DNA of 64,000 nt from an uncultured Bacteroidota bacterium (GTDB lineage Bacteria > Bacteroidota > Bacteroidia > Bacteroidales > UBA12481). Where the stretch lies: the NCBI GenBank assembly GCA_903851365.1, contig CAINOB010000123.1, positions 12,573 through 76,572 of the forward strand. Direction: 5' to 3'. Both the position numbers and the translations under genes were made by a program. The notes below the pieces were generated by a model that saw nothing but the letters and a program-made list of their open reading frames with translations, did not search any database and was not told where the DNA came from. Below are positions 7,999 through 18,423 of the stretch, piece by piece. Position 1 is the stretch's first letter, and every line of letters begins with the position of its first letter.

Positions 7999-9357
7999 CT
8001 AGGTGCTTGAGCCAGGACTCAAAATAGCATGGGTCAATGGGTAACGGACTTCCAATCCGAAGATTTCTTCAATGACGGTAGCGTTACTCAAACGAGTTCC
8101 GGATTTAATCAGGTCAACTTCACGCAGGGCGAGGGGTTTAAATTCCTTCCTGTAGATATTGTTCATATCCAACTGTATGGCTTTTTCAGGAGCCCAGTCA
8201 TCCAATAATGGATGATAGTACACCAGTAAGGTTCCGTAGTTGGTCTGAATTCTGTCAAAGGTGACTCCGTACATTTCTTTAACCGAACCGGCATCCCTTT
8301 GACGGACAACAGTATCAGCTTTAGAAAGCCATTCCATCCAATCTCCACCAGCGAATACAAAGCGGGTTTTCGATCCGCCGTTTCCGGTGAAGATACTTTT
8401 GGTCATACCCATAAATTCAGCATTCGCATTTGCCGGGTTTTCTTGGAACTCGATGTTCTTAGTCAGAAACCGGATTACTCCAGCTGAGGTGTATTTATAG
8501 TTGTTGGCTTCATCATCGAAAGACTTACCTTTCTTCCCAAACCAACTGGTAAATTCTGAACCTCTCCGGTGATCTTCCATGGCGGCAGCTTTCAAATCGT
8601 TCATCGTCCAGGCAACCTCTTTCTTATGGTATTTCTGGTAGATTCCCTGTTCGATCTGCTTCATGTGGATCTGCATGTAGTTCCCCGTTTTATTCGGGAG
8701 AATTCCATACTGACCGGTTTGGGCGTCAAATTCGTTTTTCGCAGTACCCATTCTTACGATACGGGTAGAAATATCCATATCCGGAAGGTCGGCACCTCCT
8801 ACTATCAACACATTCAATGAATTGGTTGCATTGGTTTTAGAAGTGACAATCCCTACGAACGGACCATCTACGTCAGTATAGGCCGGAATCATGAAGGTAT
8901 CATGAACTGCCCAGTAGTGGACGTTGCTAACCGTTAAGGTGTGGGTATGAGCGGAAGAACTGTAGGTCCCGGAAGCGGAAGTATCGAAAGGAGCAGCTAA
9001 TGTATCGGCCCATCCCCGGAAATCGGTCTGGTACCAATCAAATTCCCAACTGTCTCTCGGTTCTGCGGATCCGATTCTACGGAGTAAAGTATCTAACGGA
9101 TACAAATCCGGGCGCATTATGGTAATGGCCGAGGAGATGTCGTTAAGGAGCAGGTCACTTGAGGCGGCTCGGGTTTCTTCGGATCCCAAAGGACCCTCTA
9201 CGGTAGAAGCTGCCGTGGCGATTGCCCAGGTAGTCCCTCCGCCCCCGATCAGTATACCAGGTAACTGACTGAAGTCAATGACCCCGGTCAAACCTAATAT
9301 ACCTATAATCACCACCACAAGGGTAGTGAGTAGCGATAAAATTCGAAAATTTCTCAT
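7999..9357 (-). CDS. Major capsid protein (HK97-fold, DUF5309/SU10-like) with hydrophobic N-terminal leader
   Basis: PLDTLLR, NYMQI, E...WFG, YT..G(V/I) and I.T.YG.L...YHPL motifs. Follows the scaffold gene and precedes a hairpin. Confidence 0.8.
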   Translation of the reverse strand: MRNFRILSLLTTLVVVIIGILGLTGVIDFSQLPGILIGGGGTTWAIATAASTVEGPLGSEETRAASSDLLLNDISSAITIMRPDLYPLDTLLRRIGSAEPRDSWEFDWYQTDFRGWADTLAAPFDTSASGTYSSSAHTHTLTVSNVHYWAVHDTFMIPAYTDVDGPFVGIVTSKTNATNSLNVLIVGGADLPDMDISTRIVRMGTAKNEFDAQTGQYGILPNKTGNYMQIHMKQIEQGIYQKYHKKEVAWTMNDLKAAAMEDHRRGSEFTSWFGKKGKSFDDEANNYKYTSAGVIRFLTKNIEFQENPANANAEFMGMTKSIFTGNGGSKTRFVFAGGDWMEWLSKADTVVRQRDAGSVKEMYGVTFDRIQTNYGTLLVYYHPLLDDWAPEKAIQLDMNNIYRKEFKPLALREVDLIKSGTRLSNATVIEEIFGLEVRYPLTHAILSPGSST

Positions 9358-9382
9358 CTGTTTATAAATAAGGGTTATACAA

Positions 9383-10264
9383 TTAAAATCTTTCTTTCTT
9401 TTTTACATAATCCACGATGCTTTTGGCTATCGGGTTGCCTTTAGGCGGTTCGGGTTGCCCCTGACTCGACACATGAGGAATACCATCCCCCTTGTCGTCC
9501 TTTTTGCCTTTAATCTCCTCAATCCGGACGTTTTTACCTTTGATCTCTCCTTGCTTACGACCCTCAGTTACAGCTTCATCGTATTTAAGGGCTTTGTACA
9601 TAAGATTCAGAAAATCAACGGTATAGTGTCCGTCCATGATCTCGGTCAGGGTTTTCTGCAGGGTCCCGGCAAACTCATTCATCTCCGGTTCGGAGAGTTG
9701 CTTTTCAGTCCGGAATTTTTCCACGTTTTTAACTGAAGATAACCGGTTCTGATGTAGCATGAGTTGAAACTCCTTAGCAGCTTTGATCCGGGATTTTCGG
9801 TCCTTCCGGGCCTGTTCCCATTTTTCGAGGTCCGGATCACCTTCGGCAGGTTTTAATGCTTCAACATCCACGTGTCGGGCGAGGGCTTCTTCGAAAGTTG
9901 CCCCCTTGGACATGTCTCGGATGATCTCCCCGATTTCAGGTTGATCGTTCAGAACCTCTACCACTTTCTGGTTGGCCTCGTCATTTTCCTGAACATAGAT
10001 TTCCAGGTCATTCAGGTGGCTCATGGTGGCTTCCATCATCTCTTCCTCGGAAGTGAACTCCTGTCCGGGAAAACTTTTTTTCACACGTTCAAAGAACTTT
10101 TCTTTTACATCCCCTTCCTCTTTATTCTCTTCCTTGTCTTCCGGTTTCTCAGGAATCTCTTCCGGTTCTTTAGTTTCCTCTGGTTTTTCAGAATCATCAA
10201 TAATCTCTTCCGGTTTGATTTCCTCTTCCGGTGAACCTTCTAATTCTTCGTTTTCGGTTGCCAT
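9383..10264 (-). CDS. Capsid scaffolding protein
   Basis: Likely start MATENE (10264); highly acidic helical protein immediately upstream of the capsid gene. Confidence 0.72.
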   Translation of the reverse strand: MATENEELEGSPEEEIKPEEIIDDSEKPEETKEPEEIPEKPEDKEENKEEGDVKEKFFERVKKSFPGQEFTSEEEMMEATMSHLNDLEIYVQENDEANQKVVEVLNDQPEIGEIIRDMSKGATFEEALARHVDVEALKPAEGDPDLEKWEQARKDRKSRIKAAKEFQLMLHQNRLSSVKNVEKFRTEKQLSEPEMNEFAGTLQKTLTEIMDGHYTVDFLNLMYKALKYDEAVTEGRKQGEIKGKNVRIEEIKGKKDDKGDGIPHVSSQGQPEPPKGNPIAKSIVDYVKKKERF

Positions 10265-10420
10265 AACTAGATTGTTAATAATTGTACGCTTCGCTTGTAG
10301 TTCAAGTAATACTTGATGTAAGTATAGGTACCATCCTATCATTTTAGCTGTTATATAGACTTGATGTTTGGAGAATTAGAACACTTCTCAATATATTTAG
10401 CCCAACCAAAGGAGGTTTGT

Positions 10421-10714
10421 ATGGATAAGATCCGACCCTATACCGCTCTTCGCCGGGAGCGGGCATTCGAAATCTACAAGGAGGTGATCCGGAAGGAAAT
10501 TGCCCAGGCGCAAATAGATAATAAGCCCCATCGGGCAAAATCCCTATCGAAATCTTATCTCTATCAGGAGGTGGCCGAGCAAACCGGTTACGATCCCGTG
10601 TATGTGGCCCGGTTAATTCAAAAGAAACTTAAGGAGAAGGGCATGAATCGGGAGCGGCATTCCAAGATGGCCGAGATTATGGACGAGGAAATACAATTCA
10701 TCTTATCACATTAA
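10421..10714 (+). CDS. Small basic HTH-like protein (possible late regulator)
   Basis: GGAGG precedes ATG at 10421; LYQEVAEQTGY...VARLI helix-turn-helix pattern. Confidence 0.55.
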   Translation: MDKIRPYTALRRERAFEIYKEVIRKEIAQAQIDNKPHRAKSLSKSYLYQEVAEQTGYDPVYVARLIQKKLKEKGMNRERHSKMAEIMDEEIQFILSH

Positions 10715-12708
10715 TGGATATCCCGGCCCTCATATTGGAAAATGACAGGCGTAACCGGGAGTTTTATGCCCCTTATGATCCCGAGACGGGGTTAGGGTCC
10801 CCCTTGGCACGATTCCCCTTAAAGGTTATTGGGGACCATATATTATATCTCCCGGAGGAGATGCGGGAACTGGAAGTGATTCAGGAGATACTTCGCTTTG
10901 ATTCATTATTAGACTTTGTGGCTATCACCTTCCCGCAGGGTGATATGGGAGCGAAACTGGAGGAATCATTAAAGGAGATCAATCAGAGGAGGTTTCATTA
11001 CGACTTCGAATACTGGGCTTTCAAAACGATTATCATCCAGGATAAGAAGTCCATGCAACTTATTCCCCTGAAACTTCGTCAGGCCCAAAGAAAACTATTG
11101 ATGAGTTTCGAACGGCAACGGTTGGAGGGGATTCCAATTCGTACAATCGTCTGTAAAGCAAGGCAGTGGGGAGGTTCCACCTTGAGTGAAATATACATGA
11201 TGTGGATCCAGCAGGTCCACCGGGAGAACTGGCATATCGCTGTCGTCGCTCATTTGGATGATGCTGCAAAGCATATCCGGGGAATGTATGTCCGGGCCGC
11301 AAAATACTATCCCGAAGAAGTGGGAACCATCACGCTGGCACCATACGAACGATCCTCGAAAAACTTATTGTGCAAAGAGAAGGGGTGCATATTGGGAGTT
11401 GGGTCGGTGGAGAACCCGGATCAGTTTCATAGTTACTCTTACGCCATGTGCCATCTGTCGGAACTTGGCCGTTGGTCAGAGACAACAAAGAAGTCAGCTA
11501 ACGAACTGGTTCAGGCTCTCCGACCGACCGTTCCTGATGTTCCCTACTCGATGATTGTCATGGAGAGTACCGCTAATGGACGTGGTAATCTATTCCATAA
11601 CGAATGGCAGGCAGCTGTCAGTGAGGTCTCTCGGTATGATGCAATTTTTGTAGCATGGTTCGAGATTGATCTTTATATGAGACCCGTCAAGGATTACGCT
11701 AAATTCCTTGAAAAGATAGATCATCATCCTAAACGGGAATATTATTGGACCCTATGGATGAAGGGAGCCACTCTAGAGGCCATTAATTGGTACATGTATT
11801 TTCAGGCTGGGGAGAACCTGTCAGATTTACAAATGTTCAGGCAGTATCCTTCCGATGCCGAGGAGGCTTTTTCCTCCACCGGTCACCGGGTGTTCTCTCC
11901 CCTGGTTACAGCCAGAGCGCGATTAAATTGTTATCCTCCATTATTTAAGGGTCAATTATTCGCTAAGGGACAGAAAGAAAAGGATGCATTCATTGATATT
12001 CGTTTTGATTCTACCCCAAATGGCGCTCTTTGGATATGGGACCCACCTGATACCTCAATAAAAGTCAGTAATCGATATGTGATTATCGCGGATATCGGAG
12101 GAAAGAATGATGATGCCGACTTTTCCACAATAAGAGTTCTTGACCGGTTCTTTTTAACTCAGGCCGGGATTCCGGAAGCGGTTGCTACATGGAAGTCCCA
12201 TCTTGATCAGGACCTTTTTGCGTGGGTATGTGCTCAGGTAGCTTTCTGGTACAATAAAGGATTACTTATTATCGAGAGTAACTCTATGGATACAGAAGAA
12301 TTGGAAGGTAGCGAGGGAGACCAATTCCTTACCGTATTGAATGAGATTGCCAATTACTACAGCAATCTGTATACGCGTACCGATCCGGGAAAGATCAGGG
12401 AAGGACTACCAGTTCAATGGGGATTTCATACCAACCGGCACACGAAACCACTAGTGGTTAATACCCTGAATGCAGCCTTAAGAGACGAGGACTATATCGA
12501 AAGAGATAGTAGGGTCATCGACGAATGTGATCAGTTTGAGATTAAGGCCAATGGGAAGATGGGTGCCGTGGAAAATTGCCACGATGACTTATTGATGCCT
12601 ACAGCTATCGGCGTATGGGCAAGTGAATATTACATGGATGCCCCCAAGGTCATCTCGGAAGAAAAGAAGAGACCGCCCAAACGAAGAAGAACGGAGGCCT
12701 CATTATGA
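10714..12708 (+). CDS. terL: Terminase large subunit
   Basis: Walker A KARQWGGST, Walker B HLSE, MESTANG motif III, nuclease ADIGG...D and HDDLLM. Confidence 0.95.
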   Translation: MDIPALILENDRRNREFYAPYDPETGLGSPLARFPLKVIGDHILYLPEEMRELEVIQEILRFDSLLDFVAITFPQGDMGAKLEESLKEINQRRFHYDFEYWAFKTIIIQDKKSMQLIPLKLRQAQRKLLMSFERQRLEGIPIRTIVCKARQWGGSTLSEIYMMWIQQVHRENWHIAVVAHLDDAAKHIRGMYVRAAKYYPEEVGTITLAPYERSSKNLLCKEKGCILGVGSVENPDQFHSYSYAMCHLSELGRWSETTKKSANELVQALRPTVPDVPYSMIVMESTANGRGNLFHNEWQAAVSEVSRYDAIFVAWFEIDLYMRPVKDYAKFLEKIDHHPKREYYWTLWMKGATLEAINWYMYFQAGENLSDLQMFRQYPSDAEEAFSSTGHRVFSPLVTARARLNCYPPLFKGQLFAKGQKEKDAFIDIRFDSTPNGALWIWDPPDTSIKVSNRYVIIADIGGKNDDADFSTIRVLDRFFLTQAGIPEAVATWKSHLDQDLFAWVCAQVAFWYNKGLLIIESNSMDTEELEGSEGDQFLTVLNEIANYYSNLYTRTDPGKIREGLPVQWGFHTNRHTKPLVVNTLNAALRDEDYIERDSRVIDECDQFEIKANGKMGAVENCHDDLLMPTAIGVWASEYYMDAPKVISEEKKRPPKRRRTEASL

Positions 12709-13414
12709 TCGGAATGTTCAATATCGACTGCATGGATTTTATGGCCGGAAAACCGGATAACTACTACTCATTAGCCATTGTCGACCCTCCATACGGAATC
12801 AATGCCCCAAACATGCAAATGGGGACTCATGTTAACCGGAAGGGAAAAGGCCAATATCCAGGAGAATCCACCGCTTCGAAGTTGCGCAAGGGTAGATTGA
12901 ATAAAGGTTCGGGTAAACTTAAGGATCGGATATTAAATACATCGGACTGTAATTGGGATACCGAAAAGCCAACCGATGAATATTTCAAAGAGTTGTTCCG
13001 GGTATCCGAGAATCAAATAATCTGGGGAGGGAATTACTTCCCGCTTCCACCCTGCAGGGGAATGATCTGTTGGGATAAAATGCAACCCTGGGACAACTTT
13101 AGTCAATTCGAATTAGCGTGGACCTCATTCGATAAACCGGCAAGGATGTTTCGGTATTCCAATACCGGTGGTGCCAATATTGAAAAGAAAATTCATCCTA
13201 CCCAAAAGCCGGTAAAGCTATATGAATGGTTATTAATGAATTACGGAATGGGGGGGGGGGCAAAATACTCGATACTCATGGAGGATCGGGATCTATTTGT
13301 ATTGCATGCCACAACCTCAAATACGAATTGGACTGGTGCGAAATCGACCGTGTATTTTTCTCGGATGCGAAGAAACGATTCATGGAACACAAACGACAAT
13401 TAAAATTATTCTGA
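12705..13414 (+). pseudogene. Beta-class N6A/N4C DNA methyltransferase split by a frameshift in a G11 tract
   Basis: DPPY and HPTQKP in frame 1; SAM-binding KILDTHGGSGS in the -1 frame (13226..13414) after the poly-G. Confidence 0.88.
13250..13260 (+). repeat. G11 homopolymer (slipped-strand tract)
   Basis: ...ggaat ggggggggggg caaaata... Confidence 0.9.
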
Positions 13415-13415
13415 T

Positions 13416-14180
13416 ATGAAACTCCTTCAATTTGGTCTCGGTCGTTGGGGACAACATCATAAAAGGATTCTTGAGGATCTCGGGAATATGGTAGAGACCC
13501 ATGATATCGAAGACAAATATTGGAATATCCTGGATTGTGAACATGACCAGGTGGATGCTGTTATAGTCACCACCTCATCAGAGAATCACTGGCCCATTGC
13601 TCAATATGCTATGGATCTGGGATTGCCGGTATTTGTCGAGAAACCTGTGCTATTGAAACGGTCACAGTTGGATGAGCTCCGCAAACGGGAGGATAAGAAA
13701 CTACTCATGGTCGGGCACCAACGCCTTTTCCTGCCCCGGATCGCTTCTCTGAAGGGAATCTGTCACCAAATGATCTCGACGATAAATTCCCGGAATCCAA
13801 GGACTGAAGGTGTTTTATTTACCTTAATGGTTCAGGATATCGCCATCGCCCATTATGTCTGTGGTGTAGATTGGTTCGAGTGTACAAGAGCCGAAGGGGG
13901 ACTCAATAGTCTATCGGTAGAATTGGTGCATAACCATATACGGGTAGAACTACTCGCTACTTTTAATAGTGACGGAATGGATTGCCAGTATTTTCACGAT
14001 TCCAATGGGATAACTTCAATCTATCACTATCACAATCAAGATTTACTTAAAATCGAATTGGAGGCCTTCTGCGCTTACGTAAGCAAGGGATTCCCCATAA
14101 AATTTAACGGAACTACTTCTGCCATTCAGGTAATGGAGAGTTGCTTTAAAATTCAAGACAAATTGGGGGAGAAATCATGA
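13416..14180 (+). CDS. Gfo/Idh/MocA-family oxidoreductase (nucleotide-sugar 3-dehydrogenase-like)
   Basis: GLGRWG Rossmann motif, VFVEKP, MVGH..LF.P. Confidence 0.85.
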   Translation: MKLLQFGLGRWGQHHKRILEDLGNMVETHDIEDKYWNILDCEHDQVDAVIVTTSSENHWPIAQYAMDLGLPVFVEKPVLLKRSQLDELRKREDKKLLMVGHQRLFLPRIASLKGICHQMISTINSRNPRTEGVLFTLMVQDIAIAHYVCGVDWFECTRAEGGLNSLSVELVHNHIRVELLATFNSDGMDCQYFHDSNGITSIYHYHNQDLLKIELEAFCAYVSKGFPIKFNGTTSAIQVMESCFKIQDKLGEKS

Positions 14181-14488
14181 AAATCAAGATACTGGGAATC
14201 AATTTTAAAATTAAGAAGGTCTGCCGGGGAGTTTTGGATAAAGGGGCCACGATAGGGAGAATGAACTCCGGTTCCGGAGAAATTTTCCTCCGAGACAACC
14301 TGCCGGCTGATATTGAATTATCAACTGTTATCCATGAAACCATCCATATTTTATCGGTCAACCTGGGATTGGATTTAAGCGAAGAACAAACAACTGCACT
14401 CGAGGCCGGGATTATGTCGGTGATCATGTGTAAGGAAAATGCCAAAATCTTAACAGAACTCTATTATCATGCAAGATCAGTTAAATAA
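14177..14488 (+). CDS. Small HExxH metallopeptidase-like phage protein
   Basis: KIKILG..F.I and TVIHETIH. Confidence 0.7.
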   Translation: MKIKILGINFKIKKVCRGVLDKGATIGRMNSGSGEIFLRDNLPADIELSTVIHETIHILSVNLGLDLSEEQTTALEAGIMSVIMCKENAKILTELYYHARSVK

Positions 14489-15272
14489 GATCACCGTTAA
14501 TAGTTTCAATGTCGAATTTGGTTACGAGTTGATCTCAACCGTTCCATATGCCTATTACCTTTTCACAAAGGACCAGTTGGCCGGAACAATTTCCGGAAAG
14601 GGAAGTGAGGCTCTATATTACTTTTCCCCGAACCATATAATCAATCCTGCCCCCAGGGATTGGGCCAACATACGAAAAATGACCACTCTGAATCATTGGA
14701 TACATAAACCTACCCTGGACACCTCGCAGTTCTGCCCGCCCCCCTACAAACAATTCTACGCGAACGATAAGTATCATTTTGATCTGGTAATATACAATAG
14801 GTATAACAAAGAATGGCCCGGGGTCCCCGAATTAAACCGGCCAATCAACTTCTTTTCCCTGGACCTTCTTAAATCCATCTTCGAAAAATTCAAAGGAAAG
14901 ATACTTTACTGTAATGTGGATGGGAAGCGGGAGTTACAAGATAAGGCTCATGCTATCCCATTGGGAGATTGGGATCTGATTAAGAAGTACCCAAGAGTAA
15001 CTTCTATCCATGATTTGGAAGAAGACTACAATCTGGCCCAGATGCTGGTCTTTTCGAACTGCCCGTTATTTCTTACCACGAATGGAGGGGGAGCAATTCT
15101 GGCTTCTTATTTCGGGGGGACCAATGTTATTTACACGAATCCTGTAACTGTAAAGGGAAAGGTTTACGCCCGGGAAAACGAGACGGGAGACTTTGGATAT
15201 TATCCTCTTTTCGGGGGTTCAAAAATAATCAATGTGCATGACGATAAATCAATACTCAAACTGATATGTTAG
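14469..15272 (+). CDS. Putative glycosyltransferase-like protein
   Basis: EFGYEL N-terminus and FLTTNGG..ILASYFG GT-B-like C-terminus; sugar-cluster context. Confidence 0.55.
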   Translation: MQDQLNKITVNSFNVEFGYELISTVPYAYYLFTKDQLAGTISGKGSEALYYFSPNHIINPAPRDWANIRKMTTLNHWIHKPTLDTSQFCPPPYKQFYANDKYHFDLVIYNRYNKEWPGVPELNRPINFFSLDLLKSIFEKFKGKILYCNVDGKRELQDKAHAIPLGDWDLIKKYPRVTSIHDLEEDYNLAQMLVFSNCPLFLTTNGGGAILASYFGGTNVIYTNPVTVKGKVYARENETGDFGYYPLFGGSKIINVHDDKSILKLIC

Positions 15273-15799
15273 AAAGAACCCAATTAATCAACCGGTTAAT
15301 CCGGGAAAATAAATATAAGAGTTACCTGGAAATTGGACTGGGTAGCGGAATCAATTTCCGGGAGGTGAATTGTAAACAGAAAGTTGGTGTCGATCCATTT
15401 CAACCGGCCACTTTTCAGATGACCTCTGATTATTTCTTCGCCCTGAATAAAGAAACTTTTGATATCGTCTTCGTAGATGGGCTGCATGTTGCGTATCAGG
15501 CAGAAATAGATATCCTGAATTCTTTAAAAGTCCTGCGTCCGGGAGGGGTTATTGTCATTCACGACTGTCTTCCAGCAAAAGAAGAAAGACAGTTACCCGA
15601 AAGAGTGACCAAAAACTGGCAGGGGGATGTGTGGAAAGCCATTGTAGCCATGGCCCTGAACCAATGGAAAATGAAATTATTCGAGATAGAAACCGGTATC
15701 GTATTACTGTGGCCGGAGAAAAAGGAATACACTATTCCCGAGGGAGGGTTAACATGGGATTGGTTTCAGAAACATTTTAAAAATATGTTATGTGGATAG
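15266..15799 (+). CDS. Class I SAM-dependent methyltransferase (Methyltransf_24-like)
   Basis: YLEIG, GVDP, FDIVFVDGLH, LRPGGVIVIHD. Confidence 0.9.
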   Translation: MLERTQLINRLIRENKYKSYLEIGLGSGINFREVNCKQKVGVDPFQPATFQMTSDYFFALNKETFDIVFVDGLHVAYQAEIDILNSLKVLRPGGVIVIHDCLPAKEERQLPERVTKNWQGDVWKAIVAMALNQWKMKLFEIETGIVLLWPEKKEYTIPEGGLTWDWFQKHFKNMLCG

Positions 15800-16710
15800 C
15801 CTGGTTAATCAGTAGCGGAGGAATCTTTGGATCCGTCCGGGAGATGATCGAAACTTCGAATGTTCTGGTTGACCTCGGGCATAAGGTTACCATATATACT
15901 CCTCAGGGAGTGGATGCAAAATGGTTACCCTGCAAAGCGAATTTCCGGAAGATGGGTCATCTTGATAAAGACTGCCCGGATGTATTGTTTTTGATGACCA
16001 CTCCCGAGGAACCTTACTTTTCCATCTGGAAGAATAGCAAGGCAAAGATCAAGAGTTACTGCATGATGGGGTATGCCACGGATGCGCTGCACAAAGAACC
16101 CGATAGATTCCTGAGTGAAAAACATAATTGGATTGTCAAGAATCACTGGTGTATATGCGATGGAAGTTGGCAACTACGGGACATGAAACGGTTTAACCCG
16201 GATGTTGGTCCGGCTATTGGTGGGGTCAACCTCGATCAGTTCCACCCTGTGGAGGTTCCAAAGTCAGTTGACGTGGTGTGGAGTAATGATCCCCGACCGA
16301 GAAAAGACTCTATCACGGTAGCTAAGGCCATTAACGGACTCTCCAATGATTTCTATTTCAAAAAAGGTATTCCCCAGGATAAGATCGCGGAGTTTCTCAG
16401 TAAAGGGAGGGTGTTTGCCGACAGTCACGTTCGAGGCGGTTGGTGTAATCCTGTGGCTGAGGCCATGGCCTGCGGGGTACCGGTGGTTTGTACGAACATT
16501 CCTTGCAATGAAGACTTTGCCATTCATGGGAGAACAGCTTTGTTGGTAGAACCCGGCGATTGGCAAAAAATGCGGGAGTATATCGAATTACTTCTTACGG
16601 ATATCGATTTGTATAACGATCTGCGCGACGAGGGACTTGCCCGGATAGCCAAATTTGACTACCGGCTAGTGACCCCCAAATTAGCAGATGCAATTCAGAG
16701 ACACCTATGA
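15790..16710 (+). CDS. GT4-family glycosyltransferase
   Basis: LVDLGHKVTI, EAMACGVPVV, LLVEPGD. Confidence 0.9.
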   Translation: MWIAWLISSGGIFGSVREMIETSNVLVDLGHKVTIYTPQGVDAKWLPCKANFRKMGHLDKDCPDVLFLMTTPEEPYFSIWKNSKAKIKSYCMMGYATDALHKEPDRFLSEKHNWIVKNHWCICDGSWQLRDMKRFNPDVGPAIGGVNLDQFHPVEVPKSVDVVWSNDPRPRKDSITVAKAINGLSNDFYFKKGIPQDKIAEFLSKGRVFADSHVRGGWCNPVAEAMACGVPVVCTNIPCNEDFAIHGRTALLVEPGDWQKMREYIELLLTDIDLYNDLRDEGLARIAKFDYRLVTPKLADAIQRHL

Positions 16711-17327
16711 TCAACATTATCATTCGTACCTCCGGCCGGCCACGGTACTTCAAAAGTTGCGTTGCCTCGATTGAGCGTCAGACTTACCGGGATTATCGGA
16801 TTATCGTAGGAATGGACACTCCGGAAACCTATGCGGATAAATATCATCCCTTTCGGTACCCAAGAACAAAATCCAATGGAACATTCCTTCAGTTAAAAGA
16901 AACCCGGACCCTGCACTTTCCCTATAATCTTTACCTGAATACCTTGATGACCAAGTGTGAACCGGGGTGGGTGATGTTTCTGGATGATGACGACGAGTTT
17001 TTTGGAAGCAATGCTTTAATGGATATTATTCATCATCTGAAGGTAACAACAGATGTCCCGTTCTGGAGGGTGAGAATCAATAACCGGGTGGTCCCCTCGA
17101 ATGAGAATTTTGGGAAACGTCCCGTGGTTAAGGATGTTTCGTGTATCGGGTTCGCTTTTCACACCGATTACATTCCGCTTATGCAGTTCGATCCCTATAA
17201 ACAGGCAGACTACCGCATAGCGAACCGCCTATTTTCAATTTTAAATCCTGTATGGATAGATAAGGTATTAACCCAGACTCAGCGTCGGGAAGGAATCGGC
17301 AGGGGCCTAAGACAGGACAAAATATAA
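16707..17327 (+). CDS. GT2/GT-A glycosyltransferase
   Basis: INIIIRTSGRP, SI..QTY, WVMFLDDDD. Confidence 0.88.
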   Translation: MINIIIRTSGRPRYFKSCVASIERQTYRDYRIIVGMDTPETYADKYHPFRYPRTKSNGTFLQLKETRTLHFPYNLYLNTLMTKCEPGWVMFLDDDDEFFGSNALMDIIHHLKVTTDVPFWRVRINNRVVPSNENFGKRPVVKDVSCIGFAFHTDYIPLMQFDPYKQADYRIANRLFSILNPVWIDKVLTQTQRREGIGRGLRQDKI

Positions 17328-17339
17328 AGACAATAAAAG

Positions 17340-18089
17340 ATGAAACAAGTTAAGATTTTTGGACACGGGGAAATCGGTCAATCCCTTCACGAGGTTTACG
17401 AACGTGCAGGCTGGTTTGGAATAGCATGGAGAGATCTGGACACGGGATCCGGACCGGATAAATGCGATATCTTAAATGTGTGTATACCATTCTCTGATCA
17501 ATTCGTCAGTATAGTGGCGCGTGAGATATGGTGGTCAGATGCCAGGATAGTGATCATTCATTCCACGGTGGCTCCGGGAACCACAAAAGAAATCATTGAT
17601 CTGGTCAAAGACAAAGATGTTCTCATTGTGCATTCTCCCGTAATCGGGGTACACCCGAATTTAGCCGAAGGGATCCAGACTTTCACTAAATGGATCGGAT
17701 GTGAGACTAATGCAAATGCAGAATTAGTACGGGAACACTTTAACCAAATCGGTATTCCAAATACCCGGAAGGTTACCCCAGCTATCTCGACCGAGATCGC
17801 CAAACTTATGGATACCACTTACTATGGGGCATGTCTTGCCGTGAACGCCGAAGCTACTGAGTGGTTAAATAGTCAGGGGACCCGTTCCAGTTTCTGGGTT
17901 GAATATCTGATGGAGTACAATCGGGGATATCAAACCCTTGGAATGGGAAACATAGTCCGTCCCTATTTTCCTGCCCTAAATATGCCGATCGGTGGACACT
18001 GTGTTGGAAACAATGCCAGGATACTTAAGCAAGTACATGACTTTCCGGCCCTTGATCAAATCATTAAATACCTCCCAAATGAAAATTAA
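17340..18089 (+). CDS. UDP-glucose/GDP-mannose dehydrogenase-like protein (lacks the C-terminal domain)
   Basis: GHGEIG, VCIP, IIHSTVAPGTT, HSP, E..KL, IGGHCV. Confidence 0.85.
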   Translation: MKQVKIFGHGEIGQSLHEVYERAGWFGIAWRDLDTGSGPDKCDILNVCIPFSDQFVSIVAREIWWSDARIVIIHSTVAPGTTKEIIDLVKDKDVLIVHSPVIGVHPNLAEGIQTFTKWIGCETNANAELVREHFNQIGIPNTRKVTPAISTEIAKLMDTTYYGACLAVNAEATEWLNSQGTRSSFWVEYLMEYNRGYQTLGMGNIVRPYFPALNMPIGGHCVGNNARILKQVHDFPALDQIIKYLPNEN

Positions 18090-18423
18090 CCAGTTAATTA
18101 TAGAGTGGTGGATAGCCCAGAAGAATCTGCGGAGGGCCCAACGCCGGAATAAAAAGTTGTTGCACTTCATCAAATTAGCCAATGAGCTCACCCGCGTGGA
18201 CCGGAAGAGCCGGTATGTGATCGATCTGGAGAATAGATTCAAGATCCTCAGTACGGTTGACATTGACCGGATGAAGAAATATAATGAATTGCCCAAGGGG
18301 ACTACTATCATGGATATTTATCGCAATACCGTGTATACAGCAACTTATAATCCGGATGTTAAGGATGCCTGGAAAACCATGCGTTACCGTGAAAAGAACA
18401 AAGCGGAAGGGCTGAAACAATGA
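18079..18423 (+). CDS. Hypothetical basic protein
   Basis: Likely start MKINQL; coupled to both neighbours. Confidence 0.55.
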   Translation: MKINQLIIEWWIAQKNLRRAQRRNKKLLHFIKLANELTRVDRKSRYVIDLENRFKILSTVDIDRMKKYNELPKGTTIMDIYRNTVYTATYNPDVKDAWKTMRYREKNKAEGLKQ

